Below, one piece after another: positions 9,861-19,926 of a stretch of 64,000 bases of DNA. This stretch comes from Clostridia bacterium. GTDB lineage: Bacteria; Bacillota; Clostridia; TANB77; CAG-508. The stretch is taken from NCBI GenBank assembly GCA_045531335.1, contig JAZSDU010000007.1, forward strand, positions 5,486 to 69,485. The letters are read 5' to 3'. How positions within the stretch are numbered: position 1 is the stretch's first letter; every line of letters starts with the position of its first letter. Made by a program: the position numbers and the translations under genes. The notes below the pieces were generated by a model that ran no database searches, was not told the origin of the DNA, and was given only the letters and a program-made list of their open reading frames with translations.

Positions 9861-10841
9861 ATGAAAAAGATATTTATATATATACTATGTTTGATATTAG
9901 TATGTTTTTTAATACCTATTTTATTTACAAAGAAACAAGAGATAAAAGAAGTTATATCAACAGAGAAAGAAGTACCTTTTGAGAATTACGATTATGGACA
10001 ATATAAGACAATAAAATTATTAGATAGTGCAACAGGAGAAATTCAAGAATTAGATTTAGATACATATTTGTTAGGAGTAGTATGCAGTGAAATGCCAGCA
10101 AGCTTTGAGGAAGAAGCTTTAAAAGCACAAGCAGTAGTTGCAAGGACATATACTATATACAAAATAATAAATAAAGGTAAACATGAAAATGCAGATATAT
10201 GTGATGACTCGAAATGTTGTCAAGCATGGATTTCTAAAGAAGAAAGACTTAACAAATGGAGTGAGAAAGATAGAGAAAATAATTGGGCAAAAATTGAAAA
10301 TGCAGTAAATAGTACAAAGGGTAAAATAATAACATATGAAGGAAATCCTATAAATGCTTTTTTTCATTCAAATAGTGGAGGCGCAACTGAAACTGCAACA
10401 GCGGTTTGGGGAGGAAACAATTATCCATATTTGCAAGTAGTACAAACATCTGGAGAAGATTCATATACTCAATATAGTTCAGAACTTATTGTGAGTAAAG
10501 AAGAATTTATATCTAAAATTAAAGAATATCATAGCGATTTTATAATTGATTTTAATTTAGAAAATCAGATAGAAATATTAGAATATACAGAAGGGGGAAG
10601 AATAAAAAATATAAAAATAGGAAACTTAAATTTATCAGGAGTTGAGATAAGAAATATATTTGGATTAAAATCGGCAAAATTTGAAATTGATGTAGAAGAA
10701 AAAATAAAGTTTACTGTTATAGGGTATGGACATGGAGTTGGAATGAGCCAAACAGGAGCAGATAGCATGGCTAAACAAGGAAAAAAATATGAAGATATTA
10801 TAAAACATTATTATACAGGTGTTCAGATTACAGATGTTTAG
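9861..10841 (+). CDS. spoIID: Stage II sporulation protein D (lytic transglycosylase)
   Basis: 326 aa with AQAVVARTY...NAFFHSNSGGATE...GHGVGMSQ motifs. Confidence 0.9.
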   Translation: MKKIFIYILCLILVCFLIPILFTKKQEIKEVISTEKEVPFENYDYGQYKTIKLLDSATGEIQELDLDTYLLGVVCSEMPASFEEEALKAQAVVARTYTIYKIINKGKHENADICDDSKCCQAWISKEERLNKWSEKDRENNWAKIENAVNSTKGKIITYEGNPINAFFHSNSGGATETATAVWGGNNYPYLQVVQTSGEDSYTQYSSELIVSKEEFISKIKEYHSDFIIDFNLENQIEILEYTEGGRIKNIKIGNLNLSGVEIRNIFGLKSAKFEIDVEEKIKFTVIGYGHGVGMSQTGADSMAKQGKKYEDIIKHYYTGVQITDV

Positions 10842-10933
10842 TAATTACAACAAGTTTTACAAATAATATGAATAAAATTCCAAATATAAGGAAATAATTT
10901 TACTAAAGAATACAATTAATAAGGAGGATACAG

Positions 10934-11734
10934 ATGAGAAGAGGAAGAAGAGAAAGACGTGAAGATAGCCATCTTAAGAGATTGATTTATATTTCAGGAG
11001 GAGTTTTATTAGTAATACTTATTACTTTTATTATAACTTTTGTTGTTTATAATAATAAACTAAAAGAATACAGTTATAGCTCATTAACAACAGAAAAAAT
11101 AGCTGATTTAGTTCCGAACTCAACAGAAGATTTAGGTGAACAGTTAGAACAAGCAAGTAGCGAAATCGGTAAAAGTATTGAAGAGGCAATAAATGAAATA
11201 GAAGAAAAACAAGACACAAAAGAACCTACTCAAGTTGAAAACAAAAAAGAAGAAACAAAGAATATAAAGGAAGAAAAGCAAGAAGAAAAAGTTGTAACTA
11301 CAAATGTAGAACCTGAAAAAGTAAAAGATCCAGAGTTTGTTATTCCTGTAGAAGGAGAAATAATGAGAAATTATGCTAAAGATTCTCTTATATATTCTGA
11401 AACATTAGAAGAGTGGATAGTTCATTTGGGAATAGATATTAAAGCAGAAAGAACGACAGTTGTTAAGGCTTCAGAAGCAGGAACAATAGCATCAATTAAA
11501 AATGACCCTAGATACGGATTAACTGTAGTAATAGAACATGTAAATGGGTTTAAGACAATATATTCGAACCTTCTTATAACTGAATTTGTTACAGAAGGAG
11601 AGAAGGTAGAAAAAGGACAAGCAATAGGAACAGTAGGAAACTCTGCTTCATTTGAAATAGTTGATGAACCACACCTGCATTTTGAAATTTTAAAAGATGA
11701 TATAAATGTTGATCCTAATATTTATTTAAAATAA
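10934..11734 (+). CDS. M23/LytM family metallopeptidase, SpoIIQ-like by position
   Basis: N-terminal TM segment and Glu/Lys-rich linker. C-terminal LytM domain has HLGIDI and PHLHFEI. Adjacent to spoIID. Confidence 0.7.
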   Translation: MRRGRRERREDSHLKRLIYISGGVLLVILITFIITFVVYNNKLKEYSYSSLTTEKIADLVPNSTEDLGEQLEQASSEIGKSIEEAINEIEEKQDTKEPTQVENKKEETKNIKEEKQEEKVVTTNVEPEKVKDPEFVIPVEGEIMRNYAKDSLIYSETLEEWIVHLGIDIKAERTTVVKASEAGTIASIKNDPRYGLTVVIEHVNGFKTIYSNLLITEFVTEGEKVEKGQAIGTVGNSASFEIVDEPHLHFEILKDDINVDPNIYLK

Positions 11735-11858
11735 AAATATAAAAAGATAGTTTTTTTAAGTAAACACCTTGAATACTAATAGATAGTAGTATTCAAGGTG
11801 TTTGTTTGCAATTTACATAATTTTGTGGTAAAATATAAAGAGTTTAAAGGAGGAAAGA

Positions 11859-12842
11859 ATGGGTAAAAAAATATTATCTGAAGAACAAAAAAATAAAATA
11901 TTAGATATGGTTTTAAACACAAGAAAGACATATAAAAAAATAGCAGATATTAATGGAACATCACTTGAACAAGTATATGATTTAATAGAAGAATATTGTA
12001 GAGAAAAAAATTATGAAACAATCAGAAGAACTAAAAATGGAGTTGAGTTTGGAAAACAAACCGATGGAAGAAAAAGACCAAAAATTTTAAAGAATGTACA
12101 GGAAATACAAAAATGGGTTGAGGAAAATGGAAGAAAACCAAGACAAAAAATAAAAGGGGTAAAAACAGTAAAAAAAAGGAAAAAAGAAACAGAGGAACAA
12201 GAAGAGTTAAGGTTAGGGCGTGCTTTTAATAATACTAGAAATTCTGTTATGAAAGGATACGAAGGAAAAGATTTAGAAGAAATAAAAGATAAAACAGATA
12301 GAAAAATAGTAAGAATAATAAGAGAAATTGATGAAAATTATGAAAGTAAAAGGCAAGGAAGTTTAAGAAATACACAGGAAATAGAAAAATGGGTTGAGGA
12401 AAATGGAAGAAAGCCAAGACAAAAAATAAAAGGGGTAAAAACAGTAAAAAAGGGAGAAAAAGAAACAGAGGAACAAGAAGAGTTAAGGTTAGGGCATGCT
12501 TTGAATCATATTAGAACTTTTGTTATGAAAGGATACGAAGGAAAAGATTTAGAAGAAATAAAAGATAAAACAGATAGAGAAATGGTAAGAATAATAAGAG
12601 AAATTGATGAAAATTATGAAGACAACTTAAAAACATATTATGAAAAATTAAGAAAAAAAGAAAAGGATAAACCAGCTAAGAGAAATGTTAAATTTGTACA
12701 AAAATTAGGAAACGAAAAGATGGGAAAAATGATAATAAATTTAATTAAAACAAAGAATGCAACAGAAGAGCAAGTAAAAACAATAGCAGATTTTTATGGA
12801 GTAGATTTAGGGAAAATAGCAAATATTCATGAAGAAAGATAA
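11859..12842 (+). CDS. Hypothetical protein with an internal ~92-aa tandem duplication (paralog 1)
   Basis: The unit QKWVEENGRKPRQKIKGVKTVKK..ETEEQEELRLG...GYEGKDLEEIKDKTDR..VRIIREIDENYE occurs twice, near-identical at nt level. Confidence 0.5.
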   Translation: MGKKILSEEQKNKILDMVLNTRKTYKKIADINGTSLEQVYDLIEEYCREKNYETIRRTKNGVEFGKQTDGRKRPKILKNVQEIQKWVEENGRKPRQKIKGVKTVKKRKKETEEQEELRLGRAFNNTRNSVMKGYEGKDLEEIKDKTDRKIVRIIREIDENYESKRQGSLRNTQEIEKWVEENGRKPRQKIKGVKTVKKGEKETEEQEELRLGHALNHIRTFVMKGYEGKDLEEIKDKTDREMVRIIREIDENYEDNLKTYYEKLRKKEKDKPAKRNVKFVQKLGNEKMGKMIINLIKTKNATEEQVKTIADFYGVDLGKIANIHEER

Positions 12843-12865
12843 ATAAAAAACAGGGAGAATCTTAT

Positions 12866-13882
12866 ATGGGAGCAAAACTATTAACACAAGAACAAAAAAA
12901 TAAAATAATAGATATGGTTTTAAACACAAGAATGACATATAAATTAATTGCACGAAAAAATAATATAGATGCGATACAACTTAATCAAATTATAGATGAG
13001 TATTGTAGAGAAAATAATTATAAAAGTTTTAGAAGAACAGAAAAAGGTACAATTTTTGAAAAAGAAGACGGAACTGTTGTTGAATTTGCAAGAATAGAAC
13101 AAATCGAAACAGAGAAACAAAGTGATAAAAAAGTAAGAGAGCAAACTTTAGAAAATATAGAAGATATACAAAAATGGGCTGATAAAAATGGAAGAAAACC
13201 AAGAAGTGCAATCAAAGGTGTAAAAATAGCAAAAAAAGGTGAAAAAGAAACAAAAGAACAAGAAGAATTAAGAATGGGAACAGTATTAAATAATACAAGA
13301 AGAATTACTTATAAATACAAAGGGAAAAAGTTGGAAGAAATAGAAGATGAAAAAGATAGAGAAATAGTAAAAATATATAGGGAACTAGAGGAAACATATA
13401 AAGATAGAAGAAAAGCAAGAAAAAGAATTTTAAAAAAACTACAAGAAACAGAATGTTGGGCTGATAATAAACGAAGAAAACCTAGAACTACAATAAAAGG
13501 AGTGAAATTAGCAAAAGAAGGAGAAGTAGAAACAGAAGAACAAAAAGAATTAAGAATGGGAATGAACTTAGGTAATGCAAGAAGAATTGTTAATAAATAT
13601 GAAGGAAAAGAATTAGAAGAAATAGAAGATGAAGATGATAAAGACATAGTAAAAATTGTAAAGACACTTGATGATAAATATGAAAAAAATAAAGGATGGA
13701 AAAAGAAAAAAACTTCAGAAAGAAAGCTTAATTTAGTACAGACATTAGGAAATGAAAAGATGGGAAGAATGATAATAAATTTAATTAAAACAAAGAATGC
13801 AACAGAAGAGCAAGTAAAAACAATAGCAGAATTCTACGGAGTAGATTTAGAAAAAGTAGTAAACAATAGAGAAGAAAGATAA
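12866..13882 (+). CDS. Hypothetical protein, paralog 2 of the preceding gene
   Basis: Same architecture. The N-terminal ~30 aa and C-terminal ~45 aa are nearly identical to paralog 1 at nt level, while the middle repeats have diverged. Confidence 0.5.
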   Translation: MGAKLLTQEQKNKIIDMVLNTRMTYKLIARKNNIDAIQLNQIIDEYCRENNYKSFRRTEKGTIFEKEDGTVVEFARIEQIETEKQSDKKVREQTLENIEDIQKWADKNGRKPRSAIKGVKIAKKGEKETKEQEELRMGTVLNNTRRITYKYKGKKLEEIEDEKDREIVKIYRELEETYKDRRKARKRILKKLQETECWADNKRRKPRTTIKGVKLAKEGEVETEEQKELRMGMNLGNARRIVNKYEGKELEEIEDEDDKDIVKIVKTLDDKYEKNKGWKKKKTSERKLNLVQTLGNEKMGRMIINLIKTKNATEEQVKTIAEFYGVDLEKVVNNREER

Positions 13883-13886
13883 TATT

Positions 13887-13922
13887 AAAAAACTATCGTA
13901 AATTAGTTCGATAGTTTTTTTG
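13887..13922 (+). terminator. Intrinsic terminator
   Basis: AACTATCG / CGATAGTT stem plus T-run. Confidence 0.65.
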
Positions 13923-13988
13923 TTAGTATTGAAAAAAACAATTAATATGTAATATAATATAAAATAGAAAAAATGGAGGAATTGTTGA

Positions 13989-16319
13989 ATGTTTATAACG
14001 GAAGATGGACAAATACAATCAGAAGCACCACAGACATATCAAATAAAAGGCAAAAATAACAAACATAGAAAAAATAGAAAGTATAAAAGACATTCTAAAT
14101 TAAGAAAAGTAATAAAAGCATTTTTTATTACTCTTTTAATCGTGTTCCTTCTTTTAGTGATAGCGGGTGGATATGTAGCATATGAATTATACAATATAGT
14201 TAAAGATGCTAAATTAAGTGAAAATGATTTAGTTATAAAATATGAAAACTCAGTTATAAAAGATATGCAAGGAAATACTTTAGGAGTTCTAAATGGAGAT
14301 GAAAATAGAGAAAGTATACCTTTAAGTGAAATGCCAGAGTATTTACCAAAAGCATTTATATCAATAGAAGATGAAAGATTTTACGAACACAAAGGAGTAG
14401 ATATAAAAAGGACAGCTAAAGCTACTTATACTTATATTACAAACGAAGGAAATTCTCCTTTTGGAGGAAGTACAATAACGCAACAATTAGTTAAAAATTT
14501 AACACAAGAAAAAGATGATACATGGCAAAGAAAAGTAAGAGAAATGGCAAGAGCTTATTATTTAGAACAAGAAATGTCTAAAGAAGAAATATTAGAATTA
14601 TATTTAAATTTAATATTTTTAGGAGATACAGTATATGGAGTACAAAAAGGGTCTAATTATTACTTCGATAAAGATGCGATAAATTTAAGTCTAGCAGAAT
14701 GTGCATTTTTAGCAGGAATTAATCATTCCCCAAATTCATATGACCCATTCATAGAAAATAATAAGCAAGTATTGGAAAATATAAAAACAAGAACAAGAAC
14801 AGTTCTACAAAAAATGTATGAATTAGGAAATATAAATTCGCAGCAGGAATATATAGATGCGCTAAAAGAAGTAGATAATGGATTGAATTTTAAACAAGGA
14901 GCATTTCCAGAGGTGTTGTTTTCATATCATACAGATGCAGCAATAATTCAAATAATAGGCGAACTTCAGAATTTGAATGATTGGACATATGAACAAGCTA
15001 AACTATATTTGTCTAGTGGAGGATTTACTATTTATACAACTCAAAACCCGGATTTACAGGCGAAAATGCAAGAAGAGTTTAATCAAGAAAAATATAGACA
15101 GACTGCATATGATCAAAATGGAAATATACAAACATCACAAGCTGCTATGGTATTAATGGATCATAATACAGGTCATGTTCTTGCTATATGTAGTGGATTC
15201 GATGAAAAAACTGAGGCATTTGGATTTAATAGAGCAACATCTGGAACAAAGCAAACAGGATCTTCTATGAAACCAATATCTGTACTTGCACCAGCAATTG
15301 ATAAAGGAGTAATTACTGCTGCAACTGTTTTTGAAGATAATCCAACAAGTTTTAACAATGGAACGTTTACTCCTAAAAATTATGGTTATACATATAAAGG
15401 ATTAATTACAGTAAGAGAAGCTATAGCACATTCACAAAATATACCTATGGTAAAAGCATTATGCCTTTTAACAACAGATGAATCAATGACTTTTTTAAAA
15501 AAGGCAGGAATAACATCTCTTGATGAAGAAAGAGATAATTCTTTAGCTCCTCTTGCACTTGGAGGACTAACATGGGGAATAACACCTTTAGAAATGGCAG
15601 GAGCATATTCTGCAATTGCGAATGATGGGGCATATATAAAACCAACATTTTATACAAAAGTAGTTGATTCAGACGGAAATATAATATTAGAGGCTAATAA
15701 TAAAGAAACACAAATTATGTCTAAAGAAGCAGCATATGTTGTAAAAGAAGTGCTAACTCAACCAGTTAAAACCGGTACATCTACAAATTGTACAATAGAA
15801 GGAATGAGTGTAGGAGCAAAGACTGGTACAACAAATGATGATTTCGATAGATGGTTTTGTGGATTTACACCATATTATACTGCTACAGTATGGTATGGAT
15901 ACGATAATAATGCAACTGTAAGTGGATGGGCTACAAATCCTGCTGGTCAAATATGGACTGGAGTAATGAGAGCTGTACATACAGGGTTAGAAGCCAAAAC
16001 TTTTTATGAGACAAAACCAGAAAACGTTCTAGAGCTAGAAGTGTGTAAAAAATCTGGATTCTTAGCTACAAGAAGCTGTAAAAATTATGGAACATCATAT
16101 ACTGAATTTTTTGTACCAGGAACAGAACCTATTCAAACATGTCCATATCATTCTTATGCAAAAGTTTGCACCGAAAGTGGTTTACTTGCAAATTCTAATT
16201 GCACAAATACAAAGAATGTATATGGAAGAGGAGAATGTGTAGGTAATAGCGATTTATGGCAAACAAGATCTTATTATTACAAATCAAATGTTCCAACAAA
16301 AGTTTGTACAATACATTAA
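13989..16319 (+). CDS. Class A penicillin-binding protein (glycosyltransferase/transpeptidase)
   Basis: 776 aa with EDERFYEHKGVD and GGSTITQQL (GT51) and a SSMKP transpeptidase motif. Confidence 0.9.
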   Translation: MFITEDGQIQSEAPQTYQIKGKNNKHRKNRKYKRHSKLRKVIKAFFITLLIVFLLLVIAGGYVAYELYNIVKDAKLSENDLVIKYENSVIKDMQGNTLGVLNGDENRESIPLSEMPEYLPKAFISIEDERFYEHKGVDIKRTAKATYTYITNEGNSPFGGSTITQQLVKNLTQEKDDTWQRKVREMARAYYLEQEMSKEEILELYLNLIFLGDTVYGVQKGSNYYFDKDAINLSLAECAFLAGINHSPNSYDPFIENNKQVLENIKTRTRTVLQKMYELGNINSQQEYIDALKEVDNGLNFKQGAFPEVLFSYHTDAAIIQIIGELQNLNDWTYEQAKLYLSSGGFTIYTTQNPDLQAKMQEEFNQEKYRQTAYDQNGNIQTSQAAMVLMDHNTGHVLAICSGFDEKTEAFGFNRATSGTKQTGSSMKPISVLAPAIDKGVITAATVFEDNPTSFNNGTFTPKNYGYTYKGLITVREAIAHSQNIPMVKALCLLTTDESMTFLKKAGITSLDEERDNSLAPLALGGLTWGITPLEMAGAYSAIANDGAYIKPTFYTKVVDSDGNIILEANNKETQIMSKEAAYVVKEVLTQPVKTGTSTNCTIEGMSVGAKTGTTNDDFDRWFCGFTPYYTATVWYGYDNNATVSGWATNPAGQIWTGVMRAVHTGLEAKTFYETKPENVLELEVCKKSGFLATRSCKNYGTSYTEFFVPGTEPIQTCPYHSYAKVCTESGLLANSNCTNTKNVYGRGECVGNSDLWQTRSYYYKSNVPTKVCTIH

Positions 16320-16334
16320 TTAAGGAGAACTTCT

Positions 16335-16874
16335 ATGAACTTAATAAATACAATAGATGAAACAATATACAATTTAATTATAAATTTAATGAATTCTAAT
16401 ACAACTGCTATTATGATATTTATATCATTTTTAGGGTCAGCAGTAACATTAATTACTTTAACTATAGGTTTGATTTTATTATCAAAGAATAAAAGAGATT
16501 CTAAGTATATAGCAGTAAATTTAACATTAGTGTTTCTATTAAATAGAATAATAAAATTTATTATTGCAAGGCCAAGACCACAAATATTAAGGTTAGTACA
16601 AGAGAGTGGTTATAGCTTTCCTAGTGGACATGCAATGGTAGCAATGGGATTTTATGGTTTCTTAATATATTTAATATATATGAATATTAAGAATAAAAAA
16701 ATAAAATATCCGTTAATAATATTTTTAAGTATTCTAATACTATTAATAGGAATAAGCAGAATTTATTTGGGTGTTCATTATGCTACAGACGTAATAGGTG
16801 GATTTGTAATAGGAATTATATATCTAGCATTTTTTATAAAATATGCATATAAAAATAAAAAACAATTATGGTAA
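16335..16874 (+). CDS. PAP2 family phosphatase (undecaprenyl-diphosphatase-like)
   Basis: Multi-TM ORF with PSGHAM and SRIYLGVHYATDV motifs. Confidence 0.75.
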   Translation: MNLINTIDETIYNLIINLMNSNTTAIMIFISFLGSAVTLITLTIGLILLSKNKRDSKYIAVNLTLVFLLNRIIKFIIARPRPQILRLVQESGYSFPSGHAMVAMGFYGFLIYLIYMNIKNKKIKYPLIIFLSILILLIGISRIYLGVHYATDVIGGFVIGIIYLAFFIKYAYKNKKQLW

Positions 16875-16884
16875 GGGGGATATT

Positions 16885-17163
16885 ATGAACAATATATTTA
16901 CATTAAAAAACATATTAATTTATTTATTACTTATAAATTTAATAGCATTTTTAGCAATGTATATAGATAAAAAAAGAGCAAAATGGGGAAAATGGAGGAT
17001 AAAAGAATCTACATTATTTACATTAGTGTTGCTGGGCGGAGGAATTGGAGGAATTGCAGGAATGTATACATTTAGGCATAAAACAAAGAAACCTGGATTT
17101 GTAATAGGGTTTCCTGCAATATTAATAATTGAAATAATTTCTATAATAATGATTTGTGTTTAG
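16885..17163 (+). CDS. DUF1294-like small membrane protein
   Basis: YIDKKRAKWGKWRIKESTLF...GGGIGG motif. Start moved to the ATG at 16885. Confidence 0.65.
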   Translation: MNNIFTLKNILIYLLLINLIAFLAMYIDKKRAKWGKWRIKESTLFTLVLLGGGIGGIAGMYTFRHKTKKPGFVIGFPAILIIEIISIIMICV

Positions 17164-17177
17164 AGATTAAATAAAGC

Positions 17178-17247
17178 TGTAGGGGCGGGCCTTGTGCCCG
17201 CCCCAATGAATTAAAAAAGGGACAGGCACAAGATCTGCCCCTACAAT
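17178..17247. repeat. REP-like hairpin pair (forward 17178..17206, degenerate inverted 17218..17247)
   Basis: CTGTAGGGGCGGGCcttgtGCCCGCCCCAA ... AGGGACAGGCACAAGATCTGCCCCTACAAT. Confidence 0.8.
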
Positions 17248-17431
17248 TTTTTTAATATTTTAAATACAAAAAATAAATTTTATAATCTATCATTTTTTTG
17301 TCCAACAAGCAAAAACGATGTAACGTATGAGACAAAAGGCTTTTATAAAAAATAACAAACAAACATACTGTACACATAATTATTGTAAATAACTGTAAAA
17401 CAACTAAAAAAGAAAGAATAAGTGTTTTGCA

Positions 17432-17499
17432 TGTGTATAACTAATAAACTACAAAACCTAATAACAACATTATTCACAGACTTATCCACAATATCCACA
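17432..17499. promoter_or_regulatory. DnaA-box cluster
   Basis: TGTGTATAA (17432..17440, reverse box), TTATTCACA (17470..17478), TTATCCACA (17482..17490, perfect consensus) and ATATCCACA (17491..17499). Confidence 0.55.
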
Positions 17500-17683
17500 G
17501 AACAAAAATAAAGTTACAAAATTGTTACAAAAGAGTTACATAAATGCAAAAACGTAATATCAACGTTAACACTTTGAAATAAAACTGTAACATTATTATT
17601 TGAGATAAGTTTAAATATTGACTTTTTAAACTTATTTTGATAAAGTAATATCTATATTGTAAATATTAAAAAGAGTGGTATAT

Positions 17684-17725
17684 ATGTAGGGGCGACTATC
17701 AGTCGTCCGCTCTTCGAAGAATTAC
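17684..17725 (+). repeat. REP-like unit with TCTTCGAAGAA extension
   Basis: ATGTAGGGGCGACTATCAGTCGTCCGCTCTTCGAAGAATTAC. Nearly identical to 40399..40440. Confidence 0.8.
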
Positions 17726-17756
17726 CCTAATACAATAGAAAGAGAGGAAAATATTA

Positions 17757-19145
17757 ATGGCAGACAAATCAATGGATAAAATAGTAGCACTTTGTAAAAA
17801 TAGAGGATTTATATATGCAGGTTCAGAAATATATGGAGGACTTGCTAATTCATGGGATTACGGACCAATAGGTTCTGAAATGAAGAAAAATATAAAAGAT
17901 ATGTGGTGGAAAAAATTTATACATGAATCTAAATATAATGTAGGAATAGATGCAGCTATAATCATGAATCCAGAAGTTTGGGTTACAACAGGACATGTTG
18001 GAGGATTTAGTGATCCACTAATAGATTGTAAAGATTGTAAAACAAGACATAGAGCAGATAAATTAATAGAAGAATGGGGATTTAAAAACGGAAAAGATAT
18101 TTCTGGATTAGATGGTTGGTCAAATGAGCAATTAGTAGAATATATTAAAGATAACAATATTGAATGTCCAAATTGTGGAAAAGTAAATTTTACAGATATA
18201 AGAAAATTCAACCTAATGTTTAAAACATTTATGGGAGTTACAGAAGATGCTAAATCAGAAGTATATTTAAGACCAGAAACAGCACAAGGAATGTTTGTAA
18301 ACTTTAAAAATGTTCAAAGAACAACAAGAAGAAAACTTCCAATGGGAATAGGACAAATGGGACGTTCATTTAGAAACGAAATTACACCAGGTAACTTCAT
18401 ATTTAGAACAAGAGAATTTGAACAAATGGAATTAGAATTTTTCTGCAAACCAGGTACAGATTTAGAATGGTATGAATACTGGAAAGAATTCTGTAAAAAT
18501 TGGTTAATAGGAATAGGAATAAAAGCAGAAAACTTAAGAATGAGAGAACACTCAAAAGAAGAACTTTCATTCTATAGTAAAGGAACAACAGATATAGAAT
18601 ATTTATTCCCATTTGGTTGGGGAGAACTTTGGGGAATTGCAGATAGAACAGATTATGATTTAAAAAGACATATGGAAGCATCTAAAGTAGATTTAACATA
18701 TTTAGATCCGGAAACAAATGAAAAATACATTCCATACTGTGTAGAACCAGCTGTTGGTGTAGATAGAGTATTCTTAACTGTTTTATGCGATGCATATGAA
18801 GAACAAGAAATAGCAGAAGGAGATGTAAGAACAGTATTACATTTACACCCAAGTATTGCTCCATATAAAGCAGCAGTTTTACCACTTTCTAAAAAACTAA
18901 GTGAAAAAGCAACAGAAGTATTTGAAAAAATATCAAAAAAATTCATGTGCGAATATGACGAAGCAGGAAGCATAGGAAAAAGATATAGAAGAGAAGACGA
19001 AATTGGAACACCTTACTGTATAACAGTAGATTTCGAAACAGAAAATGATGATTCAGTAACAATAAGAGACAGAGACACAATGGAGCAAGTAAGAGTAAAA
19101 ATAGATGAATTAGAAAATTGGTTAGACGAAAAAATAAATGGATAG
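17757..19145 (+). CDS. glyQS: Glycine--tRNA ligase (alpha2 type)
   Basis: 462 aa, full-length class II GlyRS ([22 protein letters not shown]...). Confidence 0.95.
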   Translation: MADKSMDKIVALCKNRGFIYAGSEIYGGLANSWDYGPIGSEMKKNIKDMWWKKFIHESKYNVGIDAAIIMNPEVWVTTGHVGGFSDPLIDCKDCKTRHRADKLIEEWGFKNGKDISGLDGWSNEQLVEYIKDNNIECPNCGKVNFTDIRKFNLMFKTFMGVTEDAKSEVYLRPETAQGMFVNFKNVQRTTRRKLPMGIGQMGRSFRNEITPGNFIFRTREFEQMELEFFCKPGTDLEWYEYWKEFCKNWLIGIGIKAENLRMREHSKEELSFYSKGTTDIEYLFPFGWGELWGIADRTDYDLKRHMEASKVDLTYLDPETNEKYIPYCVEPAVGVDRVFLTVLCDAYEEQEIAEGDVRTVLHLHPSIAPYKAAVLPLSKKLSEKATEVFEKISKKFMCEYDEAGSIGKRYRREDEIGTPYCITVDFETENDDSVTIRDRDTMEQVRVKIDELENWLDEKING

Positions 19146-19154
19146 AATAAAAGC

Positions 19155-19187
19155 AAACCCACCTACAATATGGTGGGTTTGGTTTTT
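19155..19187 (+). terminator. Intrinsic terminator after glyQS
   Basis: AAACCCACC / GGTGGGTTT stem plus T-run. Confidence 0.7.
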
Positions 19188-19299
19188 GAAAAAATTGTCG
19201 AAAAGTTTTGTCAAAAAGTTATTGAATTTGAATACAAATATAAATTATAATATAAATGAAAATGCATAAATAAATATCTAAATAAAAGAGGTGTTATAT

Positions 19300-19558
19300 A
19301 TGATAGATAAAGAGAGAAACAATAGACTTTTTGAAGAATTTAAGAGAAAAACTTATGAAGAGTTAGATGAATTAGAAAAAAATTCTAATATATCATATAA
19401 TGATTACGTTGTATTAAGTGTTGCAAGAGGAATAAAAGAAATAGAAGATGGGAAACCACGGAATACCAGCAGAGGAAGTTTTTAAAGAATTACTAGGAGA
19501 AGAATATAGAGAAAGTAATATTCTTGAAAGTAGCAAAAGCAGACTTAACACATATTAA
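19300..19558 (+). CDS. Putative type II antitoxin. The 0-frame ends at 19485, and a +1 shift at CGG_A extends it to 19558.
   Basis: RBS then ATG at 19300. The 0-frame tail is ..EDGKPRNTSRGSF. The +1 frame from GGA at 19460 reads GIPAEEVFKELLGEEYRE..., an antitoxin-like C-terminus. Confidence 0.45.
19459..19462 (+). other. CGG_A candidate +1 recoding site (antitoxin)
   Basis: AAA CCA CGG AAU in frame. This is the least certain of the nine sites, because the 0-frame stop plus the RBS for the toxin also make sense. Confidence 0.45.
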
Positions 19559-19811
19559 AATGTATATAGGACAAGATTCTGTTTATTATGCCAATAAGAC
19601 TATTAAAGAAATTAAGGAAAAAATTGATAATTTATTAACTTTTCCATATATGGGTAGATGTGTCCCGGAATTTAATTCTAAATTAATACGAGAAGTAATA
19701 TATAAATCTTACAGAATTATGTATTACATTAATTCAAATAATATTTATATCATAAAGATTTTACATCATTCTCAAAACATTTTATATTTTAAATCTAAAT
19801 TATTTCATTAA
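19506..19811 (+). CDS. ParE/RelE family toxin
   Basis: ..VIFLKVAKADLTHIKMYIGQDS...LLTFPYMGRCVPEF...REVIYKSYRIMYYI. Start uncertain: ATA at 19506, GTA at 19515 or TTG at 19524. Confidence 0.65.
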   Translation: MEKVIFLKVAKADLTHIKMYIGQDSVYYANKTIKEIKEKIDNLLTFPYMGRCVPEFNSKLIREVIYKSYRIMYYINSNNIYIIKILHHSQNILYFKSKLFH

Positions 19812-19926
19812 AACAAACTTAAATAACAGAAATGTATTTATGCATTTTCATATATTTATTGCTTATACTAGCTAAAAATATCAATATATGATATTATTTA
19901 TACGAACAATTTTTAGGAGGAATAAC

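Noticed and set aside
17164-17756. T-box riboswitch leader for glyQS
   Set aside because: I looked for the conserved T-box sequence and a specifier/antiterminator arrangement and found nothing recognisable. The region instead contains DnaA boxes and REP units.
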